From an uncultured Nitrososphaeraceae archaeon (GTDB taxonomy: Archaea; Thermoproteota; Nitrososphaeria; Nitrososphaerales; Nitrososphaeraceae), in NCBI GenBank assembly GCA_963779615.1, contig CAVZZA010000001.1:352001-416000 (forward strand): 64,000 nucleotides of DNA. The letters run 5' to 3'. The notes under the pieces are model-generated. The model was not told the DNA's origin. It was given only the letters and a program-made list of their open reading frames with translations, and made no database searches. Below, piece after piece: positions 43,117 to 53,182 of the stretch. Numbering within the stretch: the stretch's first letter is position 1; every line of letters begins with the position of its first letter. The position numbers and the translations under genes were made by a program.

Positions 43117-43908
43117 CTATCCCCTATTTGAGGCAACAGCCTCACCTCCACCGCCACCATCGCCGGAGCCTAAATCATCATCGTTGGTATTAACAACCAA
43201 CCTAGTTTGCGCGTTATTTAAAAAACCACCAGATGCGCAGGTGTCCAGTATCTTTTTAATTTTTTCTGCCCGCATGTTACCTAAACCCGGCACCCGCGCA
43301 AGCTCCGCCATTGACGCGTTTAACACGTTTTTAGGTGAATGAAACTTGTCCAATAGCCTTGTGGCCAATTTTGTCCCTATCCCGGGTAATGAGGTGAGAA
43401 CATACAGCTGTTGGATGTAAAATGGATTTGACTTTTTTATTTTTTTTAAAAGAGGGCCATCATCTTTATCCTTAAAGCGATTGGACGCCAAATGCACCAA
43501 TAATTCAGCGGTATAATATATTGAAGGGGTATACAAAATCGGTATCCGGAAATCCAGTGCTATTTTCATCAAAGTATCATAAGCCACACGTACCTTGTCT
43601 ACAATTAATTTAGAGTCAGGATCTGTTTTTTCCCTGCTGTCCAGGTCCGTAATATTGCCCTCGATAAGCACAAGAGGTTTTGAATAGTGGTTAACTAGAT
43701 CTGAACACTGTACAAAAAGGCGCCCATCATAAACAGAACTTATCAAATCATAAACTGTTTTTCTCTCAATTACTGTTTCAGACGATACAATATAATCCCC
43801 AACCGCCAATTGCTCATAATCCACAAAAACCCCCATAATTTTAAGCAAATTAGGGACCTGGCTATTTTTTTCTCTTTCGTCAGCAACAATACGGACAGTC
43901 AATGACAC
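43117..43908 (-). CDS. xpf: XPF/ERCC4 nuclease with HhH2
   Basis: VADERE, GDYIV, IERK, LPGIG, VPGLG. Confidence 0.92.
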   Translation of the reverse strand: MSLTVRIVADEREKNSQVPNLLKIMGVFVDYEQLAVGDYIVSSETVIERKTVYDLISSVYDGRLFVQCSDLVNHYSKPLVLIEGNITDLDSREKTDPDSKLIVDKVRVAYDTLMKIALDFRIPILYTPSIYYTAELLVHLASNRFKDKDDGPLLKKIKKSNPFYIQQLYVLTSLPGIGTKLATRLLDKFHSPKNVLNASMAELARVPGLGNMRAEKIKKILDTCASGGFLNNAQTRLVVNTNDDDLGSGDGGGGGEAVASNRG

Positions 43909-43991
43909 AATAAAAAGAAAACATATTCTTAATTAAGATTAAGAAAAAGGGACAATGCCCAAAAAACAAACAAACAATTAGACAGCAAACA

Positions 43992-44438
43992 TTATTTTGG
44001 TTGTGATTGGCCAAACGGATTATTGGTGGATGACGGGCCAAACGGATTATTGGTGGATGAGGAGGAGGAGGAGGGCGATGACCCTGCTTGTGCCATTTGC
44101 ACCATTTGATTGATTTTGTGCTCCACTTCTTTCAGGTTTTCTTTTACTCTTGATTCTTGTTTGCCCAGCACCACGACCCTAGTATTGGATAACTCTTTTT
44201 TTTCATCCAGCTCTTTTATTAGTTCATCACGATTTGATTTTACTAATAGTGGGCCAGCAAGTTTATAGACTGTGTCATCAGATGTTGTTTTTTTTAACTC
44301 ATCCAAAGCTCTTTCTGTTTCAACTTTTTCTATCTCTACTTGCTGTTTTTGCATCATTATTGCCTGAAGATTCTGCTGCAACTGTTGTAGTCTAGCAAGT
44401 TGTTCTTTTAGCCATGGGGGAAGCTCTTGTTCACTCAT
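43992..44438 (-). CDS. pfdB: prefoldin beta subunit
   Basis: ELPPWL, coiled coil, VYKLAGPLLVK. Confidence 0.93.
   Translation of the reverse strand: MSEQELPPWLKEQLARLQQLQQNLQAIMMQKQQVEIEKVETERALDELKKTTSDDTVYKLAGPLLVKSNRDELIKELDEKKELSNTRVVVLGKQESRVKENLKEVEHKINQMVQMAQAGSSPSSSSSSTNNPFGPSSTNNPFGQSQPK
44009..44060. repeat. 27-bp-period duplication encoding SSTNNPFG twice
   Basis: GGCCAAACGGATTATTGGTGGATGA at 44009 and 44036. Confidence 0.85.
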
Positions 44439-44504
44439 TGTATAAAGTATTAAATAAATACCAAGATAAAAATTGTTATGATAGCAGCACCCATCGCAAA
44501 TTAA

Positions 44505-44810
44505 TCAGCTATTGATAAAAAGGGTTGTACAAACAAGATCTATCATTCTTAAAAAAGACAAAATAGAAGCACGAAACTTGGATTGATCACTACCGGATAT
44601 GCAAAGCACAATACGATGATTCACCATGGAAACATTTACAGTAGTGCCAAAATCAGGAGAAGAATAAATATCGCCCTTTAAAGCAACGTAAATGGCATTC
44701 AATAATTTTTTAAATTTGTCTTGGTTTTCGATCGAGTCGTTTTTTAAACATAAACTAGAATCATATGGATCGTTGAAAAAAATGCAGAAATTAGCGTTGT
44801 AGCTTTCCAA
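44505..44810 (-). CDS. KEOPS subunit Pcc1-like
   Basis: position between eL43 and prefoldin, C-terminal FRASILSFLRMI; TTG start inferred. Confidence 0.65.
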   Translation of the reverse strand: MESYNANFCIFFNDPYDSSLCLKNDSIENQDKFKKLLNAIYVALKGDIYSSPDFGTTVNVSMVNHRIVLCISGSDQSKFRASILSFLRMIDLVCTTLFINS

Positions 44811-45033
44811 GGTTAATATCGTAGGCGCCTCCCGCAACTTTATATTCACACTTATTGCATTGCCAAATTCCAATCGCTATTCTCCGAAATTTTAGTGAAG
44901 TACAGCTAGGGCACCTTCTCTTTAGTTTTAATGTTCTGTAGACCTTACCATACCTTTTTCGTACCGTAGCGCCGAATTTTACACCAAGACCCTTTAATGC
45001 AGTAGACCCCTTTCTTCTTTTAGCCAGATCCAT
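44791..45033 (-). CDS. rpl37ae: 50S ribosomal protein eL43 (L37ae)
   Basis: KFGATVRK, CPSC, GIWQCNKC, AGGAY. Confidence 0.95.
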   Translation of the reverse strand: MDLAKRRKGSTALKGLGVKFGATVRKRYGKVYRTLKLKRRCPSCTSLKFRRIAIGIWQCNKCEYKVAGGAYDINLGKLQR

Positions 45034-45844
45034 TCAACCCCTTTATTTTAGAGCGATTTTCCTCTCCTTTATTTCTTGCTGTTTCAACGGCCTGGATAAT
45101 TTGGTTTATTGTGAAAGGGCCGGTATAGCCTTTTTGTATTGCCACCAGGCTTCCGTCTGATTGTGTAGTAATGGTTATTCGCGCATCCATGCAAGCCTCC
45201 TCCTCCATAGTTGGATCAAGCAAAACCGAGTCACCTATTCTGACAGCTGTAACAGAAATAGGAATGGTGGTTAGTGGAGGGGGCATGACATTTCCAGTAT
45301 CGACAACCTTATCGTTTTGAACCTCAAAAACAGGGAACTTGGATGTTAAGAGGGCAGCAACCACAGCATAGGAAGTCGCATCCAACAAGTTACCATCGCT
45401 GTTAATAATGCTGCAATCAACAAAAATGGTATAAACTATTTTTCCCGGAATCAAAGCTAATTTGCTCAAGTCAAGCATTTGGGATTCCCTTATGCCCCTA
45501 TCAACCACTCTAGACAATTCTATTGCCTCCTCGTCAGGTGGCCCAGGCTCCACATGAGACGAAGCTGTGGGCAGCACCTCTGCAGACATTATCAACGCGC
45601 CTTTGTTTTCCAAGCCCTCAAACGGCTCACCCGTTTCAACTTTAACGCCAGCCAAGACTTCAGTATTACCCAATTTTACTTTTGCAGAACCGTTAGCTTT
45701 ATCTATAATACCTATTTCGATTTCTAAATCCCTATAAGATTCAAAATTGCGACCATCCAATCTTTTCCCCCTAGACAAAGCTTCTAGCATTTGTTGTTTA
45801 CGCAACTGCTCAACTATTATTGTAGAACGTTTTGATGAGCTCAT
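45020..45844 (-). CDS. rrp42: exosome subunit Rrp42
   Basis: [30 protein letters not shown]. Confidence 0.96.
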   Translation of the reverse strand: MSSSKRSTIIVEQLRKQQMLEALSRGKRLDGRNFESYRDLEIEIGIIDKANGSAKVKLGNTEVLAGVKVETGEPFEGLENKGALIMSAEVLPTASSHVEPGPPDEEAIELSRVVDRGIRESQMLDLSKLALIPGKIVYTIFVDCSIINSDGNLLDATSYAVVAALLTSKFPVFEVQNDKVVDTGNVMPPPLTTIPISVTAVRIGDSVLLDPTMEEEACMDARITITTQSDGSLVAIQKGYTGPFTINQIIQAVETARNKGEENRSKIKGLNGSG

Positions 45845-46578
45845 GCTTCTTCCCTCAACTCCGTTTCATTGCCAAAATATTTTTTCATTAGTGCCTCTTT
45901 TTGTATTTCATGCACCAATTTACAACCATGAATTGCCTTACTCAAGCATTCATTGAATTGAGTTGGGGACAATTTTCCATCGAGTTGAAGCAATGTGACT
46001 TGATCCATGTTAGGTAGATACGCAACCGGCATATCTGCATCACCCTCCTTATCTTCCAAGTCATTAATATCCAATACGATATTGTCCCCCAAACGCCCTG
46101 CTGCGCATGCAGACACCAAATCACGCATATTAATTCCTGCATCGGCCAGTGCCACAGACGCGGCGATAATACCGGCACACCTTGAGCCGCCATCTGCTTG
46201 TAAAACCTCCACAAAAACATCAATAACTGCACGAGGATAATCACTCAATATCAATGATGGCTCCAAGGACTCCCGTATCACTTTGGATATTTCCACCTCC
46301 CTTCGGGATGGAGCAGGGTTTTTTCTAGTATCGGTTGAAAAAGGCGACATGTGATATCTGCACCTTAAAACACAACGGTCTGGGAGAGCCATATGTTTTG
46401 GGTGAACCTCTCGCGGTCCATATACAGCAACAATTATTTTATTTTTTCCAAATTCAATATATGCGGAACCGTCAGCATTCTTAAGCACACCTACAGCGAT
46501 CTTGATCTGCCTTAAGTCATCTATTCCACGGTTATCGGATCGTTTTCCATTTTGATCTATTAATACTAATTCATTCAA
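45841..46578 (-). CDS. rrp41: exosome subunit Rrp41
   Basis: [29 protein letters not shown]. Confidence 0.97.
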   Translation of the reverse strand: MNELVLIDQNGKRSDNRGIDDLRQIKIAVGVLKNADGSAYIEFGKNKIIVAVYGPREVHPKHMALPDRCVLRCRYHMSPFSTDTRKNPAPSRREVEISKVIRESLEPSLILSDYPRAVIDVFVEVLQADGGSRCAGIIAASVALADAGINMRDLVSACAAGRLGDNIVLDINDLEDKEGDADMPVAYLPNMDQVTLLQLDGKLSPTQFNECLSKAIHGCKLVHEIQKEALMKKYFGNETELREEA

Positions 46579-46581
46579 TTT

Positions 46582-47811
46582 TTATGCATCCTCCTCACTT
46601 ATCAAATCGTGTTTTTTTTCCTTTTGCTCTGTATTGATCAAATTGTTAGAAAGCTGACTTTCCGATTGCCCTTCATCGATTATTGAAGCATTTGAGGGAT
46701 CTTCATTCGATGAATTTTGTTGTTGTGGCTGTTGCTCCGGCTCCGTGGTTGGCTGTTGTGGCTGTTGCTCCGGCTCCGTGGTTGGCTGTTGTGGCTGTTG
46801 CTCCGGCTCCGTGGTTGGCTGTTGTGGCTGTTGCTCCGGCTCCGTGGTTGGCTGTTGTGGCTGTTGCTCCGGCTCCGTGGTTGGCTGTTGTGGCTGTTGC
46901 TCCGGCTCCGTGGTTGGCTGTTGTGGCTGTTGCTCCGGCTCCGTGGTTGGCTGTTGTGGCTGTTGCTCCGGCTCCGTGGTTGGCTGTTGTGGCTGTTGCT
47001 CCCCAGTTGCCGAATCAACGCCGGATGGCAAACCGGAAGAGGAGTTTGATTGAAAATTGGATGCCTGAGAAGGCGTAGGATCAATACCGTCACCAGAAGA
47101 GATGTTTATGTTCTCAGATTTTTCTAATTCCACAGGATCTTGCACATTTAACAATGTTTTAACTTTTTGAGTAAGGTTATTAGTGTGAGATTCCTCCTCT
47201 ACCATTTTTATGGCCTTGACTGCCAAACTCAAACCATCAATGTCTCTTCCAGTGACAACTACAATACCATTCTGACCTATTATCACTCGGGTTAGTGTTG
47301 CTTGCTCTATAGTTTGAATCATAGAACCCCTTTTGCCAATTAGCCGTGGAACACGGGTAGGGGAAATTTTGATAAACTCCCCATAGGGGATTTTTCCTAG
47401 ATCCTTATCCTGAACTGTCAGCATCGGGTCCCTGGTTCGGTCAAAAGAGACGATTCGGGCAATAATCAAGTCACCGATACTAAGCTGCCTTCCCATGTCA
47501 TCCCTTGCGGGGGAGAAATCCCTTCCAAAAACATCCTGTGCAGGCAGGTGGGCAAAAAAGCAGGAGTTGATATCAATATCCCAAGACAAAGAGGAGCGAT
47601 CAACAACTTTTCCTATTACCAAGTCATTGACTCGGGGGATATACACACCAGACAAAGGTATGACTTTTACGCCTTCTTTGCCTGCCTCTGCAATTCCAAC
47701 TCTTGTAGAGATTAAATAATTACCATTTTTAATAACATTCATCAAAGGCCTATAGTTACCTTCCACGATTTTATCTCCAGGTATAACATACCTTTTCTTA
47801 ATCTCCTGCAT
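46582..47811 (-). CDS. rrp4: exosome RNA-binding subunit Rrp4 with long acidic repeat tail
   Basis: YIPRVNDLVIG, VPRLIGKRGSM KH motif, GQNG. Confidence 0.95.
   Translation of the reverse strand: MQEIKKRYVIPGDKIVEGNYRPLMNVIKNGNYLISTRVGIAEAGKEGVKVIPLSGVYIPRVNDLVIGKVVDRSSLSWDIDINSCFFAHLPAQDVFGRDFSPARDDMGRQLSIGDLIIARIVSFDRTRDPMLTVQDKDLGKIPYGEFIKISPTRVPRLIGKRGSMIQTIEQATLTRVIIGQNGIVVVTGRDIDGLSLAVKAIKMVEEESHTNNLTQKVKTLLNVQDPVELEKSENINISSGDGIDPTPSQASNFQSNSSSGLPSGVDSATGEQQPQQPTTEPEQQPQQPTTEPEQQPQQPTTEPEQQPQQPTTEPEQQPQQPTTEPEQQPQQPTTEPEQQPQQPTTEPEQQPQQPTTEPEQQPQQQNSSNEDPSNASIIDEGQSESQLSNNLINTEQKEKKHDLISEEDA
46721..47002. repeat. 33-bp perfect coding tandem repeat x8.5 (EQQPQQPTTEP)
   Basis: TGTTGTGGCTGTTGCTCCGGCTCCGTGGTTGGC repeated identically. 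Confidence 0.97.
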
Positions 47812-47921
47812 ACTAAAAAATAACTACCTCCAATAACATAAGATACGCATAATGTGATGATGATTTCATATTCTATATCTAATTATTTAGAAATTGTTCT
47901 ATAATATAATCTGTCAGTCCA

Positions 47922-48608
47922 TTACTCTTTAACCTGTGCCGAGCCTTTGGTTAATGAGCCTATACGATCAAGAAAATTCCCTTTCATGCCAGCGTTTATC
48001 TCTATTCTTGCCTTTAATGATCCGTCAGAGAGCCATTCCTCAGACTTTAGAAACCCGGACGATTTCAGAAAATTATAACTATTAGACGCAGAGGATTTTG
48101 GTATGCTAATGGTTAACTGCACCATTTCAGACGCCAAAGGAAGAATTTTTCTAAGTGCATCAACAACAGATTTTATTTGGTCTTCTGGTTTTTTAAAGGG
48201 ATCGATAACCACCCTGACATCTTGCAAGCCGTTCTCTATTCGGGGGATGGGATGGGGCAGCTTGGTTTTTGGATCTACAAAGTTTTTATTTATATACTGA
48301 ATTATCTGTTTTCTTTTCTCTTCAACCATTTTTCTCCTTTGGTCTGTGGTGAGGTTCAACTCCCCTTTAAGTAAAATTTGTTTTATAACCTCATTGGAGT
48401 TGGTGGTCTTGAAGTGTTTATTTAGTTTTTCATCACTTACCCTTGAACCCTTATTAGCATCAGAGTAGATCTCATCTGAAATCAGGATAGAGGAAAGATC
48501 ACTTCTCTTGCCTAACTTGTATTCAAGCGCAAGATCAGGTTTCACCAATATCTCAAACTTATCATTACCTACAATTAATTTAACAGTGGTACTCTTGGAA
48601 TCGCCCAT
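47922..48608 (-). CDS. sdo1: ribosome maturation factor SBDS/Sdo1
   Basis: FEILVKPD, LTTDQRRKM, DPKTKLPHP. Confidence 0.95.
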   Translation of the reverse strand: MGDSKSTTVKLIVGNDKFEILVKPDLALEYKLGKRSDLSSILISDEIYSDANKGSRVSDEKLNKHFKTTNSNEVIKQILLKGELNLTTDQRRKMVEEKRKQIIQYINKNFVDPKTKLPHPIPRIENGLQDVRVVIDPFKKPEDQIKSVVDALRKILPLASEMVQLTISIPKSSASNSYNFLKSSGFLKSEEWLSDGSLKARIEINAGMKGNFLDRIGSLTKGSAQVKE

Positions 48609-48888
48609 AATATAGGAAATTTATTTGTGATATATTAATATACTATAATATTTTTTGGGTTCTGTAAAGTTAAGAAAAAATTATTTCCACAAAACATTTT
48701 GATCATAAGGGTCAAACAAAAATTCGATTTGAACACTAAAATTAAGTTCACTTTCCCAAAATAGTTTGTATAGCAAGATACAAAACCAAATTCATCTGAT
48801 TAAAAACATTATGCAAAATCCTTAACTTTACAGAGCAATTTCTTGATTCACTACATTTTTAATATACAATAGAATAAAATAATCTGAT

Positions 48889-49545
48889 TTGATCTCAATA
48901 GATTTAAAGGTTATTGAGAAACAGGATGAAAGAATAACCGTTAAATTTAACAATGTACCGCGCCAATATGTAAACGCATTAAGGCGGTTATCAATAAGTG
49001 AAGTACCCACTTTTGCCATTGATGATGTAGTCATTTTGGAAAATTCATCAGTTATGCACGATGAAGCCGTTGCCCACAGACTGGGGCTCATTCCATTAAG
49101 AACGGATTTAAAAAGGTTTTACCTACCCAACGAGTGCAGTTGCAAAACCACATTGGGATGCACAAATTGCAGGGTATTGCTGCAACTTGATGCAGAAGCC
49201 AAAGACAAGACCAAAACAGTTACCACGTCTGAACTAGTTTCGGAGGACGACTTTGTTAAACCGGTTAACCAAGAAATACCCATAATAACACTGGCTCCGG
49301 GTCAAAAGATAAAGTTCGAGGCATACGCAAGGTTGGGGCTTGGCAAGGATCACGCAAAATGGCAGCCAGCTACAATGTCCGTGGTAAAGTATGGTGAAGA
49401 TGAAAACGAGATTTATCTGACCATTGAAACCAACGGGGCGCTAACTGCCGAAGAGATAATAATAGCCGCGGCCGAAAAGCTTAACGCAAGCATCAAAAAT
49501 TTTGGCGAAAACATAAGCTCTGTCAAACCAATAACCAACCTCTAG
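48889..49545 (+). CDS. rpoD: RNA polymerase subunit Rpo3 (D)
   Basis: NALRR, EVPTFAID, DEAVAHRLGLIP, HAKWQP. Confidence 0.96.
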   Translation: MISIDLKVIEKQDERITVKFNNVPRQYVNALRRLSISEVPTFAIDDVVILENSSVMHDEAVAHRLGLIPLRTDLKRFYLPNECSCKTTLGCTNCRVLLQLDAEAKDKTKTVTTSELVSEDDFVKPVNQEIPIITLAPGQKIKFEAYARLGLGKDHAKWQPATMSVVKYGEDENEIYLTIETNGALTAEEIIIAAAEKLNASIKNFGENISSVKPITNL

Positions 49546-49593
49546 GTAAATTTATTTGGTACTGTATAACCCTTATAAGTAGAACGGCAGATA

Positions 49594-49944
49594 ATGTTTA
49601 ACGATAGTTTAATAGATAACACAATATGGATGCTCCGCAAAGCGTTCAAAAACAACAAGGCACAGATTTGGAAAGCCTTAGAGAAAGAATTTTCAAAATC
49701 CAGATCAAACAGGAGAAGGGTTAACATTGAAAAATTAAACAAAGTTACTAATAATGGGGATGTGATATTTGTCCCAGGCAAAATTTTAGGGAATGGAAAT
49801 TTAGGGCACAAGCTAACGGTTTATGCATATTCATTTTCAGAAACCGCATTAAGCAAACTTAATGCATCTGGCACAGAAGTTCTCTCATTGCAATCACTAA
49901 TTGACAGATACCCTGACGGAAAAGGTGTAAAGATAATTGGATAA
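49594..49944 (+). CDS. rpl18e: 50S ribosomal protein eL18
   Basis: VPGKILG, FSETA, conserved operon order. Confidence 0.95.
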   Translation: MFNDSLIDNTIWMLRKAFKNNKAQIWKALEKEFSKSRSNRRRVNIEKLNKVTNNGDVIFVPGKILGNGNLGHKLTVYAYSFSETALSKLNASGTEVLSLQSLIDRYPDGKGVKIIG

Positions 49945-50437
49945 AAAAGAACAAAAGCAGCAGCAGCAGCAAAAAGAGGAGTCAAGCCCCCAGCAAAACA
50001 AGCTCATAGTTGTTGACGGCACAAACTGCATCTCAGGAAGGCTATGCTCCAAGGTGTCAAAGCTATTGCTGCAGGGAAACAGGGTTTCGGTGGTCAACTC
50101 TGAAAAGGTCATGGTGTCTGGCAACAAATATGAGGTTATTGAGAGCTACAAAAAGCAATTGGAGGTATCATCAGCAACAAACCCAATCCACGGCCCGTTT
50201 CACCCAAGAAGGCCCGACACAATAATCACCAGGATGATCAGGGGAATGGTTCCCAAGAGAAAGCCCAGCGGAATACAGTCCTTTAAGAGGTTAAGGGTAT
50301 ACATAGGCGTTCCCGAAGAGCTAAAAAACTCAACAATGCAAACGTTCGATGACGCAAAAATCACCAGGCAGGAATCATTTTATATATCGATGGGTGATGT
50401 AGCAAAACAGATAGGATGGAAGGGAGTGCTTAATTAG
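49937..50437 (+). CDS. rpl13: 50S ribosomal protein uL13
   Basis: GRLCSKV, GPFHPRRP, IRGMVP. Confidence 0.95.
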   Translation: MDKKEQKQQQQQKEESSPQQNKLIVVDGTNCISGRLCSKVSKLLLQGNRVSVVNSEKVMVSGNKYEVIESYKKQLEVSSATNPIHGPFHPRRPDTIITRMIRGMVPKRKPSGIQSFKRLRVYIGVPEELKNSTMQTFDDAKITRQESFYISMGDVAKQIGWKGVLN

Positions 50438-50881
50438 ATGAACAAGACAGATCTTTATCCGGGACAAAGGAAAACATGCAGGGCTGTTGCCACAATAGTC
50501 AAAGGCAATGGAAAAATAAGGATAAACAACATTCCAGCGGAGGTCATTCAACCAGAGCTTGCAAAGGAGCTGATTTTGACACCCGCTCACATAATTGGTG
50601 AATTGAGAGACAGGGTGGATGTCAGTGTTCACGTAAACGGTGGGGGCTTTATGGGCCAAGCATTCGCAAGTGCGGTAGCCATTTCACGAGCACTCACAGG
50701 CGAGACAAAGGGAGCCAAAGAGCCAAGGGAGCACCCATTCACAAAAAGCGTAAGGGAAGAGATAAAGAGGAAAATCATTGATTTTGACAGGCACTTGTTG
50801 GCTGGAGACCCAAGGCAAACAGAATCAAAGAAATACGGCGGTCCGGGAGCAAGAAGAAGAAAACAGAAATCATACCGTTAA
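50438..50881 (+). CDS. rps9: 30S ribosomal protein uS9
   Basis: GGGFMGQA, DPRQTESKKYGGPGARRRKQKSYR. Confidence 0.97.
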   Translation: MNKTDLYPGQRKTCRAVATIVKGNGKIRINNIPAEVIQPELAKELILTPAHIIGELRDRVDVSVHVNGGGFMGQAFASAVAISRALTGETKGAKEPREHPFTKSVREEIKRKIIDFDRHLLAGDPRQTESKKYGGPGARRRKQKSYR

Positions 50882-50922
50882 ATTTTTTAAATTTATTTTT
50901 TAACAAACAAAATCAGTTTAAA

Positions 50923-51237
50923 ATGTCACACAATGGCATAGACATAGATCAATACATATTGTTGGTTATTTATCCCAGCATCGCATTTTTTTTAATAGGG
51001 TTCATCACAAAAAAAAAGAATGTCAGGAAATCAATAACATACATTATCCAATCATTAATCTGCTTCTCCTTTTCCATTGCGTATTACCTTCTTATACCCC
51101 ATGGGGGGGCGCAAGGCCTTTCACTTGTACTGGGTCTGTTTGGGGTCATGCTTTTGGTCCTGGCGAGAAAGGAAAGGGTTAACCCGGCAGAAGAGGAGGG
51201 GGAGGATCAGGAGAAGAAGGAAACCTCGCAGAAGTAG
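50923..51237 (+). CDS. small membrane protein
   Basis: three hydrophobic segments, charged tail. Confidence 0.7.
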   Translation: MSHNGIDIDQYILLVIYPSIAFFLIGFITKKKNVRKSITYIIQSLICFSFSIAYYLLIPHGGAQGLSLVLGLFGVMLLVLARKERVNPAEEEGEDQEKKETSQK

Positions 51238-51295
51238 AACAACGGGATAAAGGCCAATAATTTTTTTAGGTTACTACCCCACACACAACTACAAC

Positions 51296-52099
51296 ATGCA
51301 GCTGACGTCCAGGTTCAAAATCGGGCAAATGAAAAGCATTGTCCAGTTTCTCAATGAGAACAACGTTGGGAGGATATCCACAATAGACATTGAGGGGTTC
51401 CCACAAATAATACCCATGAATTTTGTGTGCGCACCTGATTTTTCGGGAAACAACCCTAACAAAGGCGATGATGGTGAAGGTGATGGCGGTGACAAAACAG
51501 CAGCAGCAGCACTAGCGCATCAGCAAAATGGAGGGGGAGAAGAAGGGGAAAAAAATAAATGGGAATCGGGATTGAGAAACGACAAAGTTTTTGCCGGCAG
51601 CCACGCAATCTACATGCACTCCCACCACAGGGGTGAAAAACTGGACAACCTGAAAAGGAACCCGAAGGTTGGCTTTGAGGCCGACAGGGAGGTTTGTTTT
51701 TTGCCGTCATATTATTTTCACCCAACGGACGCATCTTTTGCAGACACGCTATACATCAGCATAGTAATCAAGGGAAAGGCGTCGATTGTAACAGACAACA
51801 GGGAAAAGGCGTTCGCAATGAACGCAATGATGCAAAAGTATCAGGGGGAGGGTGGATACACGCCATTAACCGAAGGCATGAAATCCATACAGCACCTTAC
51901 GGTGCTCAAAATAAACCCAGAAAGCATGACAGGAAAGTACAAAATCGGGCAGGAATGGACAGCCAAGTACAAGTCAAACATCGCCAGGAAGATTATCGAA
52001 AGGGAGGGAATGGCAAGGGCCAAAGAGATTCTTCAGCAAATGAAAATAAAAACACTGGCAGACGGGGGGCTGGAGATAACGGATCCGGTGGCACTGTGA
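51296..52099 (+). CDS. pyridoxamine 5'-phosphate oxidase-like flavin-nucleotide-binding protein with low-complexity insertion
   Basis: VGRISTID..PQIIPMNF, YMHS..GEKLDNLKRNPKVGFE, GKYKIGQ. Confidence 0.85.
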   Translation: MQLTSRFKIGQMKSIVQFLNENNVGRISTIDIEGFPQIIPMNFVCAPDFSGNNPNKGDDGEGDGGDKTAAAALAHQQNGGGEEGEKNKWESGLRNDKVFAGSHAIYMHSHHRGEKLDNLKRNPKVGFEADREVCFLPSYYFHPTDASFADTLYISIVIKGKASIVTDNREKAFAMNAMMQKYQGEGGYTPLTEGMKSIQHLTVLKINPESMTGKYKIGQEWTAKYKSNIARKIIEREGMARAKEILQQMKIKTLADGGLEITDPVAL

Positions 52100-52208
52100 C
52101 AAAAAAACTACTGTCTACGCCCCTGCCACTTAATCACGTTATAACGCACAAATAAAAAAAGGGGTAGGCAGGCGGCAAAACACAATTTAATTTAACTGAT
52201 TTAATTAA

Positions 52209-52649
52209 TTAATCAGAGGGAATGTCCTTTTTTCCGCACATCTCAAACGCAAACGCGATGGACCCTACAACCGAACTGTCCTTTCTAAACGGGTAAAAGT
52301 TGTCGTTTTCTTTGGGCAGCAACTCCTGTTTTAGGGACAAAATGTCTTCCGGAGGCGAATCCACCCTGAGCATGTCCCTTCCCAAAACTGTGTCCCATAC
52401 CGCAATGTCCATGTCGCTTTTTATTGCGACAAAGGAAATCACCCTGTTGTTGTCTGATTTTTCAACCACAATAAAATAGTTAAAGCCGTCTTGTACTGGA
52501 AAGGGATCGGGCATCGTAAATGAGTCTACCTTGAAATATGGAGACATTCTTTTCTTTAGCTCATAGGACATAAACGACATGAGGGAAAAATCCAAAACCG
52601 ACAAATCCTTGGTGCTTACCACAATGTTTTTTGGGTTTGTTGCCAGCAT
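52209..52649 (-). CDS. conserved hypothetical protein
   Basis: 146-aa ORF with normal composition. Confidence 0.7.
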   Translation of the reverse strand: MLATNPKNIVVSTKDLSVLDFSLMSFMSYELKKRMSPYFKVDSFTMPDPFPVQDGFNYFIVVEKSDNNRVISFVAIKSDMDIAVWDTVLGRDMLRVDSPPEDILSLKQELLPKENDNFYPFRKDSSVVGSIAFAFEMCGKKDIPSD

Positions 52650-52907
52650 AAGATAGTAGGTTAAACTGTAGGATATTAATTTTTTTTGTAAAATGAGGTT
52701 TTTATGCCAATGAAACTAGCCAAACCCAACCAACCAACCAACCAAACCAGAAGGCAAATCGGACATAGGCTCTTTGTGAGGAACTAGATCATTTGCAATA
52801 AAAAAGCAAAACATCCCCAAACAACCTTTCAATTAAATCATGGAAAACCAATGGGCAATAGCATAAGTTTAAAAAGATATTACAGTGAATCTAGAAATGC
52901 GTCAAAG

Positions 52908-53031
52908 GCCGGGGTACCGAAGCTAGGTAAGCGTCAAAGGCCCTAAAAGGGGTCAGCCTCGAGATCACACAAAAAAAAATAAGACAGCTGATGTCCTCTT
53001 GGACTCGTGGGTTCAAGTCCCACTCCCGGCG
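52908..53031 (+). tRNA. tRNA-Ser(CGA) with two introns (D-loop 52930-52947; canonical 37/38 52964-52985)
   Basis: GCCGGGG/TCCCGGC-G, TCAGC-CTCGAG^A-GCTGA, variable arm GTCC-TCTT-GGAC, GTGGG-TTCAAGT-CCCAC; BHB TAGG/CCTA with TAA and AAA bulges. Confidence 0.9.
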
Positions 53032-53182
53032 CCCTACTTGTGAATTCTTTCACTAATCTTAAATATTCAGACGAATTACGTTATAATGTCTGGATTGGTA
53101 TCTACTGAAGAAAATTGCAATTAGCTAATAGGTTTACAATTTCTAAAATAGCAATAAATATGATTTATATCCATTTTTTGTA

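Noticed and set aside
46680-47093. Cys-rich (GCCGCCSG), Trp/Leu-rich and other ORFs over the Rrp4 repeat
   Set aside because: Alternative frames of a stop-free 33-bp repeat; not a metallothionein, RiPP or CRISPR array.
51456-52155. Overlapping ORFs 51456-51734 and 51694-52155
   Set aside because: Shadow frames of the GC-richer PNPOx-like gene.
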